From the NCBI GenBank assembly GCA_036679645.1, contig JAZDCY010000013.1, positions 48,419 through 112,418 on the forward strand: a stretch of 64,000 bases of DNA, written 5' to 3'. The notes under the pieces are model-generated. The model was not told the DNA's origin, ran no database searches, and saw only the letters and a program-made list of their open reading frames with translations. The translations under genes were made by a program, and so were the position numbers. Source of the stretch: Gemmatimonadota bacterium (lineage in GTDB: Bacteria > Gemmatimonadota > Gemmatimonadetes > Gemmatimonadales > GWC2-71-9). Positions 59,936 through 64,000 of the stretch are shown piece by piece (position 1 is the first letter of the stretch; each line of letters starts with the position of its first letter).

Positions 59936-60092
59936 GGCAAAGATAGGGTTGGATTCGCGACACGGCGAGAAACGCGATTTGGAATCTGGCACACTATTGG
60001 CACACAACGACACGGAATGGGCAGACCAAACGGGCCGCCTATTTCGTAACTACGTCTGCTTGTTCAGCTTGCCCGAGGACATCCGAATTCGA
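59936..60092 (-). repeat. Module copy: degenerate tRNA end, hairpin, TGGCACAC repeats, kinase promoter (copy 4)
   Basis: Colinear with 63576-63732; tggcacactattggcacac at 59987-60005; ggacatccgaattcga at 60077-60092 (13/16 match to the tRNA end). Confidence 0.8.
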
Positions 60093-60219
60093 TGACTCCG
60101 GCATTGTTGTGGTGACGGTCCCCTCTGCGTACGGCCGCATAGTGGGTGGGTCATGACCCCACGGCTATCCCACAGGAGCAATACCGAGCGCCCGGCTCGC
60201 CGAGCCGTGACCGTAACGT

Positions 60220-60248
60220 TTGACGTTAATAACGCTATGCGTTATTAT
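60220..60248 (+). promoter_or_regulatory. higBA sigma70 promoter with operator
   Basis: TTGACG-N17-TATTAT ending 5 nt before the GTG; palindrome TAATAACGC-tat-GCGTTATTA. Confidence 0.85.
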
Positions 60249-60253
60249 TCTTC

Positions 60254-60535
60254 GTGATCAAGAGCTTCCGGGACAGGCTCACCCAGAAGGTCTTTGAGCG
60301 CCAGCGCGTGCGCCATCTACCGCGTGGCGTGCATCGCGCAGCCTTGCGGAAGCTCGTGATCCTCGATGCCGCGGAAGAACTCGGTGACCTGCGGATCCCA
60401 CCGGGGAACCGGCTCGAGAAGCTTTCGGGCAAGCGGGCGGGACAGTACAGCATCCGGATCAACGAGCAGTGGCGGATCTGTTTCCGGTGGGACCGCGGGG
60501 ACGCCTACGACGTGGAGATCGTCGACTATCACTAG
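60254..60535 (+). CDS. higB: HigB (RelE-family) toxin
   Basis: MIKSF, PPGNRLEKL.G and YSIRIN.QWRICF.W..VEIVDYH. Confidence 0.93.
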   Translation: MIKSFRDRLTQKVFERQRVRHLPRGVHRAALRKLVILDAAEELGDLRIPPGNRLEKLSGKRAGQYSIRINEQWRICFRWDRGDAYDVEIVDYH

Positions 60536-60544
60536 GAGCTATTG

Positions 60545-60844
60545 ATGGCGCCCAAGAAACAGTCGCCCGTGCACCCTGGGGAGGTGCTTCTTGCCGAGTT
60601 TCTCGAGCCAATGGAACTCAGCCAGTATCGTGTTGCCAAAGACATTAGCGTACCGGCACGGCGCATTAATGAGATTGTCCACGGAAGCCGAACGATAACG
60701 GCGGATACGGCGCTGCGCTTGGCGCGCTACTTCGGGACATCGGAGCGTTTCTGGCTCAATCTGCAGACCCGCTACGATCTCGAGGTCGAGAAGGATCGCC
60801 TGGGTCGCCGGCTAGAAGAAGAGGTGTTGCGCCGCGCGGTCTAG
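60545..60844 (+). CDS. higA: HigA antitoxin
   Basis: HPGEVL, RINEIV.G.R.ITADTALRL and FWLNLQ..YD. Confidence 0.93.
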   Translation: MAPKKQSPVHPGEVLLAEFLEPMELSQYRVAKDISVPARRINEIVHGSRTITADTALRLARYFGTSERFWLNLQTRYDLEVEKDRLGRRLEEEVLRRAV

Positions 60845-60852
60845 TGGGTCAG

Positions 60853-60939
60853 TTCGGATCATGGGCCGCGACCCATCAGGCGAGCGGCGGACGGCGGGGT
60901 GGTGGTGAGTGGGGTGGCCGTCAACCGGCGACCCCCTGA
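60853..60939 (-). repeat. Degenerate copy of the tRNA fragment and downstream spacer
   Basis: 60923-60939 is identical to 63852-63868 (17 bp); 60853-60889 matches 63729-63765 at 33/37. Confidence 0.85.
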
Positions 60940-61020
60940 TGCGATGCCGGAGCGCAGCGACGGCGAGCACGAGCGCCATCGCCACATGATGGCGATGTGC
61001 GGTCAACCCCATGGTCGCCC

Positions 61021-63571
61021 CTACTTCCCCACCTTCGCCTTCAACTCCTCGAAGAAGTTCTCGACCACGATGAGCTGCAGGTCGTCGGCTGCGTCCCCTC
61101 CCAGAACGCGGATCATCACGAAGCGCTGCCCGTCCGGCGTGACGTCGTACATCTGATGATAGATGTCGGCCCGGTACGCCTGTGCGTCGAACAGGGTTCG
61201 TTGTGCACCCGTCACAAACGCTTCGCCTGGCAGCACCTCCACGGCCACGAGCCGTTGCGCACCATCCCGGTAGAACAATTCGCGGCCACTGTGCGCCCAC
61301 ACTGGCTCCGAGCCACCGCTGGTCGATACCAACCACCGACCATCTGCGACGTTGGGAAAGGGCCGCACGTAGACTTCTGACCCACCTGTTTCGTTGGATA
61401 CGTACGCCAGCCAGCGGCCGTCGGGAGAGACTGCGGGTGCAGTCTCCTGAAATTCGGTGGCAACTAGGGGAACCATCGCGCTGTCGCCAGCCGTGCGAAT
61501 AGCATAAAGGTCCGCGGAAGGTCCCCCGCCCTACCGATTCACGAGCCACGAACCGTCGCGCGTGAAGCGGGCCTCGTGGACTGCGCGTTCTACGTCTAGC
61601 ACCAGCTCAGCATCCGCGGTGCCGTCGGCACGACGCTGGGCGATATCGCGGTCCCCCTGCCGGTTGCTCACGAAGGCTACCGACCGGCCATCGGGGGTCC
61701 AGTCCGGCCTGTAATTCAGCACGCCCTGGAACGTCAACTTCGACGCAGTTCCCCTCGCGAGCTGTCTGACCCATAGCTGTTCCTCCCCGCCGGCGGCGAT
61801 GGAGACGGCGAGCTGGGTCCCATCACCCGAAAGCGCGAGGCTTGTAACAGCATCTGTCCAGTCGGCTGCCACCGCCTCGGCCCTCCCGTCTCGATCCACC
61901 CAGACCGGCTCGCCACCCACTGAGGTAGAACCGCCAACTGTGTACGCCAGCGTCCCGTTACGCGACACTGCCAGATCCGGAACACTGAGCGTCCTCAGGG
62001 CGATCCCATCGATCAGAGCCGTGGGATCGCCCGTGATCGCCATAGCATCCTGATCGAACGGCACCGCCATCAGCGTTCCGTCGGCCGTCACGTACAGCAG
62101 ATGTCCAGAGGCCGCGTACCTTGCGTAGTTGCCACGAAGGAGCACCTCGTGGGTGCCAGTTGCCGTGTTGGCGATCGCGATATTCGACTCGCTGGAGCTC
62201 GTTCCGGGCCCGACGGTGAACACCACCCCTTTTCCGTTGGGCAACGCGTCGGGGAAGAGGTGATCGATCTCTCCGCTCGCCGAGTCAAGCACCGTAAACC
62301 ACTCGGGCGCGCCCCCTGCGGCCCGAACCCTTACGAGTGCGGTCGCACCATCGCCGTCAGTATAGATGAAGCCATCCGGTCCCCAGGATCCGCCCGCAGC
62401 GCCCACCAGCGAGTCGGTCACCCTAACCGGAGGTCCGCCCCGTAACGGAGGCGATCTTGAGACCGTCGCCTAAGAATCCCACGTGGTCCCCGTCGGGAGA
62501 AAAGAACGGTGCGAACGCTCCCTCCGTACCTGCGAGCGCCGTCGCGTCCAGCTGATCGCGCGGCCGAACCGAGAGCTGGAACTGACCGCCGTCACCTTGA
62601 GTGACGTAGACCAACTGCGACCCATCCGGCGACAGCGCGATTCTCGCGAAGAACCCGGCGATCACCTGGCCCTCCGGCAGCAACACGCTGTATCGCGACA
62701 CGGGCTTGGGCGGTGCCGGTCGCGTCATCGACCATGCCGCGACGCCCGTCATCACGACCAGTCCCGCAGCGAAACCGATCGTCCAACGGTTCCACTGAGA
62801 TGCGGCCGGCGGCGCAACCACCTGCGCGGCTTGCGTCGTCGGAAGCGTGAACGCTGGATTGGTCAGCGCCTCGGCGAACTTTGCCGCACTCTCGAACCGA
62901 TCTGCTGCAAGCCGCTCCAACGACTTCGCCGTGGCCGCCGCAACATGGGGTGGCACCGACTTGCGCAACTCTGTGACCGGGCGTGCGTCATCGGTCACGA
63001 TTTTCATGATGATCGCCTGCGCCGACCCACCGATGTGCGGCGGCTCGCCCGTCAGCATTTCGTACAGCACACTACCCAACGAGTAGATGTCCGAACGGTT
63101 GGTCAGGTCCTTCTCCGCCGTCGCCTGTTCGGGCGACATGTAGTGCGGGGTGCCGAGTGAGAGACCAGTCTCGGTCATCCGCCCACCCGCTGCCGCACTC
63201 ACCGCCAAGGCGATACCGAAGTCCGCCACCATCGGACGACCATCGTGGAGGAGAAGGTTCTCGGGCTTGATATCACGGTGGATCACATTGTTCCGATGCG
63301 CGTAGTCGAGCGCGTCCGCGATGGCGGTGGTAATGCTGACTGCCTCGTCGATGGAGAGTTGCGTTTCGCGGTTCAGCTTGTCCCTGAGCGTCTCGCCTTC
63401 GATGTACGGCATGACGTAGTACAGGAACCCGTCGGCCTCGCCCGAATCAAACAGGGGCAGGATGTGGGGGTGTTGGAGATTGGCGGTGGTCTTGATCTCC
63501 TGCACGAGGCGGCGCTCGATCTTGTATCGGTCGGCAAGGGCGGTCGAGAGCCTGGCAGTCACGTCAGTCAT
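61021..63571 (-). pseudogene. Receptor-like Ser/Thr kinase with PD40 propellers, pseudogene
   Basis: In-frame deletion of the Gly loop and VAVK (IERRL|VQEI); extra G at 62438-62441; in-frame TAG at 61531-61533. Confidence 0.9.
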
Positions 63572-63575
63572 GGTC

Positions 63576-63732
63576 GGCAAACATAGGCTGCGATTCGCGA
63601 CACGGCGAGAACGCCATTTGAATTTGGCACACTATTGGCACACAAGGACAAGAAATGAGCGGCCACTCACAGACCGCTCATTTCTAAGTAGTTGTTGCCT
63701 TTCAGGTTACGTAGTCGGGACGGCCGGATTCG
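63576..63732 (-). repeat. Module copy: tRNA-Pro 3' end, 12-bp hairpin, TGGCACAC repeats, kinase promoter (copy 5)
   Basis: tRNA end 63713-63732; stem agaaatgagcgg/ccgctcatttct 63651-63685; direct repeats 63625-63643. Confidence 0.85.
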
Positions 63733-63789
63733 GATCATGAGCCGCGAGCCGCCAGGCGAGCGGCGTTGACGAAAGCCGGGCGGCCCAGC

Positions 63790-63831
63790 CACAGACAAGA
63801 AAAGCGGGCACCGCCCGCTTTCTTGTCTGTG
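63790..63831 (-). terminator. Long hairpin terminator directly after the tRNA fragment
   Basis: cacagacaagaaa(a)gcgggc-acc-gcccgctttcttgtctgtg. Confidence 0.8.
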
Positions 63832-63832
63832 A

Positions 63833-63877
63833 GTCGGGACGGCCGGATTCGAACCGGCGACCCCCTGAACCCCATTC
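63833..63877 (-). tRNA. 3' half of tRNA-Pro(GGG), partial; probable att site
   Basis: gaATGGGGTtcagg gggtc gccggTTCGAATccggc cgtcccgA covers anticodon loop to acceptor; no D-arm or 5' acceptor strand upstream. Confidence 0.85.
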
Positions 63878-64000
63878 GCGTTGATGTGTCACCGAACACC
63901 CAAAACCGGCCACTGAGGAACACTTCAAAAGCGGCCACCGCAGGGAGCGGTACGGTTAATATCTACCGTTCTCATTCCCCTCATGCAATGCTCACTCAGA

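Noticed and set aside
60812..61012. Small His-rich ORF downstream of the kinase pseudogene
   Set aside because: It overlaps the degenerate tRNA/spacer repeat and the higA end, with no coding signature.
61531..61533. In-frame TAG as pyrrolysine or readthrough codon
   Set aside because: The same gene also has a frameshift and has lost the ATP-binding lysine; a nonsense mutation is more likely.
63800..63910. Intact tRNA-Pro gene
   Set aside because: The sequence upstream of the anticodon loop lacks the D-arm and the 5' acceptor strand; only the 3' half is present.
43000..64000. Integrase, transposase, integron attC sites or CRISPR array
   Set aside because: No ORF with tyrosine/serine recombinase or DDE motifs was recognised; the repeats are irregularly spaced and lack attC or repeat-spacer structure.

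Overview
High-GC window, most likely from a Gemmatimonadota (or similar) genome, judged from its gene families. It has two parts. Bases 1-38 kb are mostly intact ordinary genes: a GT1 glycosyltransferase/PrsW/TPR/GHL10 operon, an M20 hydrolase with a DAACS transporter, amidohydrolases, an arylsulfotransferase, a VPS10/BNR protein, two radical SAM enzymes with a CBS protein, a Met-rich lipoprotein, MATE, a frameshifted spermidine-synthase fusion, an M14 peptidase pair and a phosphatase/CotH-like/DUF4956 group. Bases ~38.8-64 kb are an accessory region ending in tRNA-Pro(GGG) 3' fragments. It looks like a tandem array built from one repeated module: tRNA-Pro 3' end, hairpin, TGGCACAC direct repeats, conserved leaderless promoter, then a receptor-like Ser/Thr kinase with a TM helix and TolB/PD40 propeller. 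Two such kinases are intact, one is a full-length pseudogene, and at least six eroded fragments remain. Three TA modules (Xre-DUF6922/AbiEii, AbiEi/AbiEii, HigBA) and metabolic cargo lie between them. I saw no integrase, intact tRNA or CRISPR array. All calls come from motif recognition by eye; no database searches were run.
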